Source: Podarcis gaigeae
Lineage: Eukaryota
DNA: 64,000 nucleotides
Reading direction: 5' to 3' (one strand)
Assembly: GCA_964106915.2 (NCBI GenBank)
Contig: OZ066920.1
The number at the start of each line of letters is the position of its first letter. The first letter of the stretch is position 1. Of the stretch, positions 38,961 through 51,165 are shown piece by piece. The notes below the pieces were generated by a model that was not told the origin of the DNA, did not search any database, and saw only the letters and a list, made by a program, of their open reading frames with translations. A program made the translations under genes and the position numbers.

Positions 38961-40824
38961 ACCACCTAGAATGGAAACCACCAGCATTCATTCATTCTGC
39001 CCTTATGCTTAGAGAAATGACATGATAAAAATGTAGCAGTCACTAAATCCCATTCTAAATCAAGAAGGATGTATCAAATGGCAATCCTAATCCACATACA
39101 TTGACAAACAGCCAGCTGTACGAACACCTCTAGAAATACTCCAGAAGTAACTGAAACCGCCCATTAGATGAGCTAGTGCTACCTTTCATTATAGGTCTCT
39201 AATGGCTCATGAATACAGTATATTCAATAACTAAAAATAACTTTAAAAAGCAACAACAAACAGGTAATATTGGTAATCATTCCCTCTAATAACAAACTCA
39301 GTTGGCTGAGTACCAACAAGACTGGAACTGAAGTAGTAGCTGAGAAACAAGATGGAGATACCAGCCTTCTCAGATGAAGCCAGAGGCATGGAGAACCACA
39401 ACACATTAAAAAAAAGAACAATTTCAAAAGTCAACACCCCATCAGCCCTATGAGAACTGTTCAGGGGCCTCGAAAACCCACAATGTGTTGAGCTTTGGCC
39501 TGCAAACACACCAAACTAGGGACAGGGAGCAGAAGAGATGGTCTGCATGAGCCCCTTATAATTTTTATCCTGGAGGCAGGTCCAGTTGGCGTGCTGCAAA
39601 CCTGAGCAAGAACACTCCTGTGTGTAGGGGCAATACATTCTCAGCATTACTTGCAGGTCCCATTGGTGTTCCCTGTTCTCAGCACATCATTAGAAAGCAA
39701 GCTAACATTGTTATGAGAAATATGGTAACTCTTACTTCCAAACGCTTAATGTTTTGAAATATAGCTATTTGCCCTGCCTGTTTTCTGTGTGTTTCAAAAC
39801 ATGTCAACATCAATCTGCCCTGCACCATATGCCAAGGGTACTGTTCACAGAGGTGTATTTAGAAATGTAACTCTCAGGATAATGGAAAAGTGTGGGTTTT
39901 GGTGTGTTTTTTAAAAAGCAGATTTGATCATAATGGCAGCAACATTTCATACCCTTTCATGGAAGGCCAGTTTTAAATGTTGTACTTGCTCAATGTGTCC
40001 TGTATAACAGGAGAAGCACATATGATAGCAGCTCAAGGTTCTGTATCTCCCTTGCCTTCAGGGTTCTTTTCATTTCATTTGACTAGGTCAGGGGAAAACA
40101 TGACATCTACCAAAGAAAGCCAGAGTGAAGCTGCAGGGAGAGGGAGTATGAAGTTCTGAAACAGAAGTATCATGAAGACAAAAGGCTCTTCCTCAAGACA
40201 ATGTGTGTTGACTTTTGCATTCTCTCATGTTGCTGATTTGGCCAGGCAGGGCTACAAGGCAGGCTGCAACATTTCACATGTCATTAAGCTCCTACTTAGT
40301 CAATAGGATCTCTTGAACTGCCTAGTGGTGGCATGATTAAAACCAAATTCACTTTAAAAGAAGTGATCAGTGACAGAATTAGGTTGGGTAGGATTGCTGG
40401 CCTTGTAATAATTCGGTGGTTCTGAGTCTGCAATGTGGTATATTAGAATATTATCATTACATTGTTTCGACTGGGGCACCATTTATAGTTTCTCTGCTGA
40501 CAGTTTCCATCATAACCAGCAGGGTAAGTAAAGGTGAAATTCTGACCCAAACATATGATATTTGTATAATAATAATGGGGGAGATTAAAATGTTTTCTCA
40601 TTGCTCCAAAAAATACAAAACTGCCTGAAACAGATCTTCAAATAACTGACTAGTGGGTATAAGAGCTGAAAACAATGCCAATGTACTTAACATCTGGCAA
40701 CCAATGTGCCCCTTTGATTTCTGATAGTGTGTGGGTAGACAAGTTTAAAAAGCCCAGAACACAAATTTTCATGGTCCTCCACCAGGCACCCACTTTAATG
40801 CCTTTTAGGGGCCAGGCCTTTTAG

Positions 40825-41186
40825 GGGACGCAGGTGGCACTGTGGGTTAAAGCCTCAGCGCCTAGGACTTGCCGATCGAAAGGTCGGCGGTTCGAATCCC
40901 TGCGGCGGGGTGCGCTCCCGCTGCTCGGTCCCAGCGCCTGCCAACCTAGCAGTTCGAAAGCACCTCCGGGTGCAAGTAGATAAATAGGGACCGCTTACCA
41001 GCGGGAAGGTAAACAGCGTTTCCGTGTGCGGCTCTGGCTCGCCAGATGCAGCTTTGTCACACTGGCCACGTGACCCAGAAGTGTCTCCAGACAGCGCTGC
41101 CCCCTGGCCTCTTGAGTGAGATGGGCGCACAACCCCAGAGTCTGTCAAGACTGGCCCATACGGGCAGGGGTACCTTTACCTTTACC
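40825..41186 (+). mobile_element. Sauria SINE (Squam1), a different subfamily
   Basis: GGGACGCAGGTGGCACTGTGGGTTAAA head, GGTTCGAATCC B-box, (ACCTTT)n tail, TSD TTTAGGGGCCAGGC (40804-40817 / 41187-41200); CpG-rich, suggesting a young copy. Confidence 0.93.
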
Positions 41187-44100
41187 TTTAGGGGCCAGGC
41201 AGTGACGTTTCTCTTCTCTGAGACCTTTTAGCATCCTTCTACTATATTTTAATGTTCGCTAAATTTTATTTAATATTAGTCTCTGCCACACAAACATCAA
41301 TTAGATGGATTCAGCTTATGTGTGGGTGTTTTAGCTCTTTCTAATTGCTGAATTGATTTTTTCCCCCTGGGGATGATATTTATTTCTATGGTAGGCTAGA
41401 TTGTTAGTGTGAACTGTGGTTTTTGTGTTTTGATGTGTTTTGATGTTTGTCTAATACTTGTGTAGTGCATTGCCTAGAGACAGTTGCCTAGAGATTTGCA
41501 GGAGGCGACTGACAAACGAACATGACAACTAAATAACAAATAAAATGAGCAATTAAAAAACTCCATTCACATAGCTCTCACTGAAGAGATTAATGAGGTG
41601 AAGCCACAAAAAAATAATTTTTTCTCCATAGTGATTAGTTCTAAGACTGCTCTTTAACACTGTAGACAGAGCCACATATCATAGCTCCAATGTTAATGGA
41701 AAACACACGTCAGTGATTCTATAGTTGTGATCCTTGCTTTGCAGGGAGCTAGACTAGATGATCCTTTGGGTCCCTTCCTACAATTCTGTGAAAACCTGCT
41801 TGAGCCAGAAGGTTGGTGGGCTACTACAACAGCTCAGACTGGAAGCCCTGGCTTATATTGAAGCAGAGTGCAAGTCCATTTTCCAATCTTGGAACTTTTC
41901 CAATCTTGGAACTTTCATCCACTCCACTGACACAATTCCTACCTTGTATTGGGGAATCAAGGGTCCTTGATGAAGATGACAGTGGCTTAGATCATGGATG
42001 GCAAAAGCTGCTTCCAGCCTCCCACCGGCCCTTCTCATGCCCCCAACTTCCTGCAAAGGGCCTCCAAATTTCATCTTGTTCTTCCAGTGCAAAGAGGTTG
42101 GATAGTGATGTATGGATTCTTGCAGTGACTGTACCAACAGAGCTCACAGTACTAGGATGTTGACCACTTAGGAAACCCATTTTTTTTTAAAGGGAGGGCA
42201 TACAGTTTCAGAAAGTTAAAAAGTTATCTTATAAACAGGCACTGTGTATTGAAAGAAAATCTAACCATCAAGTCTCTAATTCTTGTGAAGAAAGCTGGTT
42301 TTTTAAAAAATTGAGTGATGAATAGAAGCCAAAATTAGTATGTGGCTACTGAGGCATAATTTGATATTAATAAAAATGAATGTTGTGCACAGAATTCTGT
42401 TGGAACACAAGTACAAAGCAGAGAAACAAAGTGCTAAATTAATGCAATTTTTAAATCTCTTTCTTCTTCTCACCTACCTATGTGTTTGCTGAGCTATGTT
42501 GTACTTTAAACATTTCATCCTAGAACAGGAGTGGCTGACCCAGTGGGGCAGAGCCATAGCAACAGCCTCTTAGCAGCACAATTGCTGCCATTTACCAGAA
42601 GGCATGGGGCTACATCAGACTCAGAGTTGTACAGGTACATCAGTAAGAACTGGTGCTGGGGGTGGGGGCTATGCTGCAGCTCTGCCTCACACAGCGAGCC
42701 ACTCCTGCCCTAGAATATTCCATTAAATTAACTGAATAACTCTTCTTTATGCTCATCACATGATACTGGTTTATCTTCTCAACATATTCTACTACAGCAG
42801 GTTAATATAAACTCCTTCATTATAAAGCCAACTTTGATACAAACCTATGCTGTTTTTCGCCCCAGAGAAAATCCAGCTTGTTCGCTATCTAGCTGATAAA
42901 AAATACATCACCATAGATCAGACATTTAATTTGCTGTCCATGATTAATATAGAGCTGGAAACTTATTACAGGGAATATGCAAAAATAATTAACCAAGAAC
43001 ATATTTGACATCATTTATTTATTTTCTTACATTTATATCCCTCACAGAACCCAAGAAGGCACATGTGAGGTCTATAGGAGGCCTCCCATAATCTATGCTC
43101 ACTGGAACTCTCAAGGAGGTCAACAGCAGTGTGACACAATGCTCACTTTGCACATTAACCTTCTAGGTTAAGAGTAACTTGCCTGAAAGAAACCAAAATT
43201 TGGGTGCCAGAACTACTATGAGCTCCTCAAAAAGCTTGTGTGAAAACTATTTGCATTAGGGCACCCAGTTTGACCTGCAGATATTGCTGGACTGCTCCTC
43301 CCATCATCCACTGGTCACAGTGGTTGGAATGGAGGGGGACTGAAGGTCTGAAGGACTGAAGGTCCAACAATATCTGGAGGACCATAGGCTCCCTTCCTTT
43401 CTACACATTGTGTACTTTGATTTCCTGAGCTATTTTTCTTCTGCTCAGCAGTGCAGTGGGGAATTTGGATTGGGCTTTCAGTACAGGTCTTGAGTAACCC
43501 TTCCCTTCCAGCTGATTTTCCAAAGCAAGTCACCTCACATTGCTATGAGCAGTGGAGTGGAAAAAATACATGACACGGCCAGGATGAAAAGAGGTCAAAA
43601 CAGGCTGGTGGTTAAGTTCTGGAGTAGACAAATAAGGATCCAAAAGGTGGATGAAGTGGTCTGATAGGTCAGTAGTCAGGCCCCTTACCTCCATATTAAC
43701 CTGTTCTGATGCAGCTTGGGGCTCATAGAGGAAGCATAAGCAATAAAAAGGTGAAGCAGGTTAAGCTAGGTGCAGACAAAGGTCTCTAGTAGGCCCAGCT
43801 GTCTGTGCTTTGGAAGTTTCTATCTAAGCCAAGAGCTGAGGTCATATGAGGATTTATGTAGGCTGGCAAGGTCAATACTGCAGTTGGCTCAAAATGTCTA
43901 AACTGTGGATGGGATGAAGGTATTATTGAGGGCTCATCCTCTAAATCTGAGGAAGTCAGGAGAGGTATGTCTCAGGCCAGGAGGGTCTAGGAAGAGGTGC
44001 TGAGGGTATTCCCTTCAAGTGAAGCAGCCTGTATTTTCTTCTCATTTGTGTGTCCCTCAAGGTAGTATGAGGGGGTCGTTTTCCTCTCAGAGTCTTAACA

Positions 44101-45499
44101 GTAGCTCAGGGGTGGGGGAAGATATTGGCACTTAGGAACTGTGGCTGGATGAAAGGGTTAACCCTCTCATACACCTACTATGGGCCCAATTCAAATCACC
44201 ATCCCCCTTGCAGCTAGTTTTAGGAAAAGAAAATTATAAATTGGCAGATCTAATTGCATGTTTCCCACAAAATTATTGGCCCCTAGATTAGGGAGTTTTA
44301 GGTTCTCTGCTCTGAGGTGGCCTTGGGCAAAGCTTGCTCCACTAAACTGGAATTTAGCAGTGACCTATATATAGCTCTGGTAGATAAGGCTGGTAAAAAG
44401 TTTGCATCTTCAGTGCGATAGTAATTATTAATAAAGAAAAAGAAATTAGAATGATGGAAACCTAAATTAAACTAACTGGAGGTTTTTGTGTGGTTTTTTT
44501 GGTTACGTTCCTAAATTTCCCCCCAAAATGAACTCAGTTTATTACTTTTATTCTAATTAATTGTTATTCATTATTCAACATTATTCATTATTCATCATTA
44601 TTTTACAATAACACAAAGGGCAGAATGATGTACAGCATCATTAAACATAAAATTTATTTATACAAGGACACCAAGGAAATATAAGCATATAAAGCTCAAC
44701 ATCCAATAGTGCTAATCCACAGCTGAAACCAAAACACACTACTAGAGACTGACCCTATTCTTCTCTGATACCCTCACCTGCTAAGCTCACTTGGAAAAAT
44801 TATCAGTATGGTAGGCAGTACAAAGTGCAGTTGAAAAAGAACACTTCTAATAACCCAAAATTTATTAGTGTGAGGAGATTCTTTTCAGGAGCATTGAATG
44901 AGGGAAAGGGGGCAGTCATAGTTTTTTCATACAGTGCTCCTGGAAATAATGCTGTGTCTTCACATAATCATTCCCATTGTTTTATTAGCCCATTTTGAAA
45001 ACACACAGTGGGAGTCATACTACGTAGTCACTTGGGGTGGCTTTTACCCATAAAATAATGCTTTGAACTGAAGAAACAAACCCTACCGATTGCTTCTTCC
45101 CTCCCATCAAAAGTATGCGTCCTTCATTGGAACACCTGCTTCCTGCTCCTGCTAGTCAGATGAGCTCACCCCCCCCCCAGCACAACCTCCAGAATTTGGC
45201 TGGGCCAAGAAAGCAAATGGAGAATGATAATTGTGGAAGTCTATGAAAAGAAACTCAAAATCTCCCCCCCCCCCAATGTGAAGTATACATTTCTCTAGTG
45301 TGGCGAAACAGTCACATTTTGGGAACACATGCAATGGTAACTTCCCAGGTGGTGTTCAAGCATATACTTAATTGTTTGTGTGTGAGAGAGAAAACACAAT
45401 TTATAACAACGGCCCACAAAATGCAGTAGCAATGACAACCACACAGGTCTCTCTCTTCAGTAGCTTTTCAATGTGTTACTTGAAGTTGGCAAAGGCATA

Positions 45500-45715
45500 T
45501 CCTCTGGACTGTTTTAAAAGAGGGTTATTAGACCAATCGCTGGCACCTGTGCATTGCCTCCAGTACTTGAGGCAGTATCAGTTGCTGGGGAATGCAAATT
45601 GGGAGAGCGTTGTTGTACTCATGTCCTGCTTGTGGACCTCTGGTTGGTCACAGTGAGAACACAATGCTAGACTCAATGGATCTTTGGTCTAACCCAGATG
45701 GGTTCTCCCTATGTT
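45500..45715 (+). mobile_element. CR1 LINE 3' UTR remnant
   Basis: Similar to the 3' portions of the 33.0- and 38.4-kb copies. Confidence 0.55.
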
Positions 45716-46753
45716 ATAATGCGTATTGTATTGTGATGCAGACTACCATGCATATAGAAATATGGTGGAACTGAGTGCAGTAACAGAGTGGTGGGGCAGC
45801 AGCCCTCATGTGACCTTCTGACAGCTGAGCTGCTTCTGCTGTCTGGGAAGGAGAGGGGAGGAGGCAGTTGGTGCAGTGATAATGCACCAGTATAACAGAA
45901 GGACTGACTCTGCCTTTGAATCTGCACCACTGACTTCCCCTTCCCCTCCTGATAAGAAATAGTGACTCAGCTGTTGGGAGGTCAGGTGAGTGCTGCCACC
46001 AGCGTACAGCCCACTACTGATTAAATGTACATCTAAAGCCTTCCTTTCTTGCTCAGTATTGTTGGCAACAGGCTAGAAAAGATTAAGGGGAATATGTATT
46101 CCTATAAATCCTGCTCTCTTGGGATGATAAAGTAGGTATTTCTAAAACAAATCCAAAGCTGACATGAGCTTATATAGTCCCAATATTGTCACATTATTTT
46201 ACACCATTTGAGAATCTGTCTGGAAACCTCACAGTCATCTGAAGCTGTTTTAATGGCCATTGAACACATACATGTCTCTCATTCCAAGCATCTTCTCCCC
46301 TCCCCTCCTTCCTTGATCTTTCCCCCTCTTTTCTGTACTTTCTGTTTCTCTCTCATGTTGCCCCTTTCAACTGCTTTGTTCTTCCAGCCACACCTAGTTG
46401 TGCTGTGACAAATCATACTGCTTTCTGATGTCTTTCACTTCACAATTTGCTTTGTAGGTAAAGAACAAAGGAGCAAAATGGTGAACTCAGCTGGGCTCTA
46501 GACACCATGCCCTGATCACTTCTTTCATTGCTCAATGTGCCCCGCAGGCTGCAAACTGAAACTGACCAAAGAGGTAGTGAACTTGCAGTTCACAGGTGTT
46601 GCGAACAAACTGTTCAACACACCACTGAAAGATACCAGCAAGAAGATATGCAGCAGTCTCAGCAGTGAGCAACATCACTGGAAAAAGTCTAGAAAAAGGC
46701 AGCCATCTGAACAAACATCAGGTAGTAGTTTTCTTGGTCAGATTTAATAGTTA

Positions 46754-46984
46754 CAGTGGTACCTTGGGTTACATATGCTTCAGGTTACATACGCTTCAGG
46801 TTACAGAGTCCACTAACCTAAAGGGTTAAGAACTTTGCTTCAGGATGAGAACAGAAATCGTGCTTCGGCGGCACGGCAGCAACAGGAGGCCCCATTAGCT
46901 AAAGTGGTGCTTCAGCTTAGGAACAGTTTCAGGTTAAGAACGCATCTCCTGAATGAATTAAGTACTTAACCCGAGGTACCACTG
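46754..46984 (+). mobile_element. Tc1/mariner-pogo-type MITE
   Basis: TA-flanked TIRs CAGTGGTACCT..GGGTTA / TAACCCGAGGTACCACTG. Confidence 0.9.
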
Positions 46985-47189
46985 TATTTATTTATAAAAC
47001 TGGTTTTATAAAACTGGTTTTATACCTTTTTCCATAAAGAGCACCAAGATGGCGTGCACTAGATACAAAAACAATATAAGCAATACAAACACAAAAGGGT
47101 AATATTATGCAACAACAGAAACAATGCTATACTCATGGACAGCAGTAGGCAGCACTGTCTGTTAAGTTTTGCAGGAAAATGGCACACCC

Positions 47190-47382
47190 TGTGTGGTGTA
47201 GTGGTTAGTGTTTTGGACTAGGGCGTAAGAGGCCAGAGTTCAAATCCCCACTTGGCCATGAACCGCACTGTGTGGCTTTTGACCAGTTGCCAACTCTCAG
47301 CCTAACCTACCTCATGGGGTTGTTGTGACTTCATTGGTGGATACGTGGGATATAAATGCAATGATAAAATAATTATAAATAA
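47190..47382 (+). mobile_element. Older Squam3-type SINE, internally deleted
   Basis: GTGTGGTGTAGTGGTTAG head, GTTCAAATCC B-box, CORE segment, A-rich tail. Confidence 0.8.
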
Positions 47383-50300
47383 TCAGAGCTGTCGATTAGA
47401 TTTCCAAGCTGGAAGTGTTTGAGCAGCATTGTACAAATAGAGATCACTTTCTGGACCATGTAAAAGAGCTCTGAAATGCACCTGACTGCTCTGAACATTA
47501 TTGTATATGGGAATAAAAAATGGTAACTGGAGCATCAGCGTAGCATCTACTCACTTTAGTCACCCACATTTTGCATTCTCTCCGCTGATGGAGACAGTTG
47601 TCAAAAATTGCTGTGGCCTCCAAAACCTCCAGATTCTGGCAGAAGCGATCTCAACGTCCTAGGGGGAAATTAATTCTGCCGTTGTAAGCTGCAGCTGAGC
47701 ACAGGGCACTTCTTGCCTTTTCCCCTTCACTTTCTGTAGCATCAACGTGATGTTGTCAGAGAAACAGCTGCAGGGAAACATTTCTACTGCAGTGGAGCAC
47801 ATCACTGGGAGTATTCTACCTCCCGTATGCAAATCACAGGAAATTTGAAGAGGAATGTGGACAAGAATGGGAGATCCTGACACAAACCATTTGTATGGTC
47901 TTGATTCTAGGTGCACAAAGCTTCCTTTGACAGGAGGCGATGTTTACACAGATCATTTTAATTTTCAGCTTTTAAGCACTGAAGTCCGTCCCCTCCCCCA
48001 AATCTCACTGAGAAGCTTGAAATATGCCATTCTGGTGACAAGGCAATCCTTTTTTCCTTACATGTTACTTCCTACCCTTCTTCTTGCATAAAAGGCTGGA
48101 TCTAGACACATCAAAAAAGTGTTTGTTAAGGAAAGCGCATTGTAAACCTCATAAAGGGAAATCACGTTGGCAAAAGACAGAACTCCACAGCTCCACCTGG
48201 TGTCACAGTGTTATAACACACATAAAGCACTTTTCCTTTACCAATGTAGCTGAGTCCAAAGTCTCCACTATAGAGCTTTTAGCTTTCCTGAAAGTTTTAA
48301 CATAACCCTCAACTCAAAACACATGTAATTTGCAAGAAGATACTCTCATGGCCTAAATCCCAGCCAAGACAAGGAATATCCCAGGGAAGTGGGGTGGGGG
48401 GAGAGGATCAGTCCCTTAGCCAATTAAAATAAATCCACCCTGCCCACAATATAGACTGATCAGCTGAAGCAAAGTGTGATCCTCTGCCTCAGTGGGAATT
48501 CCCAACTGACTTTTAGACAGGAAATGGAACTTGATATCTGAAACCTCACAAATCATGAGGAATATACCTAAATGGCTTGCTCTTGCAAAATCCCTCTTTT
48601 TTGCTGGTCAAAGGAAGTCCCTTCTTTTTGTGTACAGTTCTCTAATAACACAGCAGAAAGATACTGTATTGCACATGACCATCTTTAAAGCACCCACATG
48701 CAGAACCTCTTACAGTTCAACTGGCATGGAAGTTCTTGTTTCTTAACTATCAGAATGACGCTTAAGGAAGAATACATTTTGAGGCTGTCAATGCAAAATG
48801 AGACATGTCCAATGCAAATATCCAGAGTTGCAGCCCAGGCTCTGAACTGCAGTTAATTAACAGAAGTACGTCTTCTGACACTGTTCCTTTCCTCTCTGTC
48901 CTAAAAAACCAGGCTGCAGTGCTGTTGTAGGTTTGTATGTGTGTAATATTACACAGATGCCAAAATGCATGCTCATTTCAACAGGGTATTGTTTGTTTTT
49001 TGTCTGATACAGTGCTACAAACATACATGCCTGGATTAAAGTAACCCTGAAATTAAGACAGCATGGTTATATATAGGAACAATGCGTTTTGTTATTGTCT
49101 CATGTGCCATATCTAAAGAGCAGTACTTAAGAGAACTTTCCCTAGGAGTATTATCAGCAAGTGAAGAATGTCACCCAGACTATACCTATTAATTTTATCT
49201 AGTGTCACTGGTGGTACTCAGAGAAGGCCCACTGAAATGAATGAACCTAACCTTTATAAGAAGACCAAAATCATTACTGGAATTTTCCGTCATTGGTGAA
49301 GTTTCGAAAAACCTCATGCAATAATAGAGGAGCAAGGCCTGAATATAAATATAAGTCTTGTAGATTTTCAGCAGAAATGTTTTCCAAAATCTCCGTTCAT
49401 CCTCCTACAACAGCTGTGGTGCAATCACTCTGGGGAGAATTCATGCATCATTATGTCAGCTCATTTTTATATATCTTTAGTCACGTCTGATAACTCAGGA
49501 TTGGAAATTACAGGCTGTTTTACAAAAAGAGGAAATTAACTGAATGGCCTTGATGTAGCCATTTGGGTTACTCATTCCAATAAATGTTATCTGTCTCTTA
49601 GCTCTGCTGAATTCTGAAGACAAACAGTATTAATAAATGTACAAAATGGAAAGAAAAAAAACTTGATATGGAGTATATTATCTCTTTGAATTGGGACCGA
49701 TGGCTATATTAATGTAGCAAACAAATCCTTGAGTTAACAAAAATGAAAGTGGGGAAAATCTACTGCTATCAGCAGTCAATTGTGGGTTTGGATTTGATGA
49801 AATTGCTTAAACTAAAGGTAGATTTTTCAAACCCACTCACTCCTGCAATCAAGGAGTTTTGCAACAGCACAAGAATTTTATCATTCCTAGGTTCATTGGT
49901 AATTTTTAAAATTTATTAGTCACCTAATACCAGCAAGTCACTAGGTGACAAGCAACAGATGTAAAACATACAGAAGCTTAAAACAACCAAAAGGCCAACT
50001 TTTTAGAAGCTTTTAAATGTAAAATGGTATAGGTTTTCACAGGTGAAAACCTACTTTATCAGATGATGAGTTGGAACTTCAGACTGAACAAAGTCTGATA
50101 AACTCTGCTTATAGCTGACCAAGAGCAGCCATTCTAAGACTAAAGTTATAGACTCAAGGAAAGTGTTCCTCCATCTACCAATCCATGCTTGAAACCAGTT
50201 GAAAACTCTTTAAAAAGAAATCAATTTAAGGTTATAATTAAAAGGCTGAGGCCCTGGGGAAATATATTCTTCAGGAGATAGCCTCAGATGATTGCTTCTT

Positions 50301-50419
50301 GGTATGAGAACTCTTATATCAGTGAAAGCTAATAGTTCAGCTAGTGGTTACAACATTTCCAAGGACTGTTAACCATGGTATTCTTCACAGGTAAGACATG
50401 CTATATTTGATTCCAAGTA

Positions 50420-50644
50420 CAGTGGTACCTCTGGTTACATACTTAATTTGTTCCGGAGGTCCGTTCTTAACCTGAAGCACCACTTTAGCTAATGGGGCCT
50501 CCTGCTGCTGCTGTGCTGCCAGAGCCCGATTTCTGTTCTCATCCTGAAGCAAAGTTCTTAACCCGAGGTACTATTTTGGGGTTAGCAGAGTCTGCAACCT
50601 GAAGCGTATGTAACCTGAGGCGTATGTAACCTGAGGTACCACTG
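50420..50644 (-). mobile_element. Tc1/mariner-pogo-type MITE (opposite orientation)
   Basis: TA-flanked TIRs; interior is the reverse complement of the 46.8-kb copy. Confidence 0.9.
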
Positions 50645-50914
50645 TATGTAAATGTTGCTTCTGTTTTAGAACCACCTTCCTGGTCTTTTTTTTGTTGTAT
50701 GACTAAGATTTTGCCTTTCTTTTCCATAGTGGTAAAATTTCAAAGTCCCATTTCCCAGTCTTCAAATCATATTTGAGAGATTGGGAACATGCTGTAGGCT
50801 CATTTGCATTGCCCTTCCTCCCCTCTTGCAAAACCTTCCCTTTTATCATTTGTGATAACTATAATTTGACATTAACATCTGAATCAGGTTAACTATGGTT
50901 AGGGACAATCAGGG

Positions 50915-51165
50915 TGTTGTTGAGGCGTTTAGTCGTGTCTGATTCTTTGTGACCCCATGGGCCAGAGCATACCAGGCACTCCTGTCTTCCACTGCCTCTG
51001 TAGCTTGGTCAAACTCATGTTTGTAGCTTCAAGAACACTGTCCAACCATCTCATTCTCTATTGTCCCCTTCTCCTTGTGCCCTCAATCTTTCCCAACATC
51101 AGGGTTTTTTCCAGGGAGACTTCTCTTCTCATGAGGTGGCCAAAGTATTGGAACCTCAGCTTCAG
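50915..51165 (-). mobile_element. BovB (RTE clade) LINE 3' fragment
   Basis: Reverse complement matches the characteristic BovB 3' end as I recall it (CTGAAGCTGAGG.TCCAATACTTTGGCCACCTCATGAGAAGAG...GACACGACTAAAC, CAA tail). Confidence 0.85.

Noticed and set aside
39231-39240. MEF2-like CTAAAAATAA near E-boxes
   Set aside because: Expected by chance in AT-rich DNA; no supporting evidence available from sequence alone.
19379-41231. Mutually similar short ORFs at 19379, 26054, 34662, 34872 and 40855 that look like a gene family
   Set aside because: All lie inside non-coding Sauria SINE copies.
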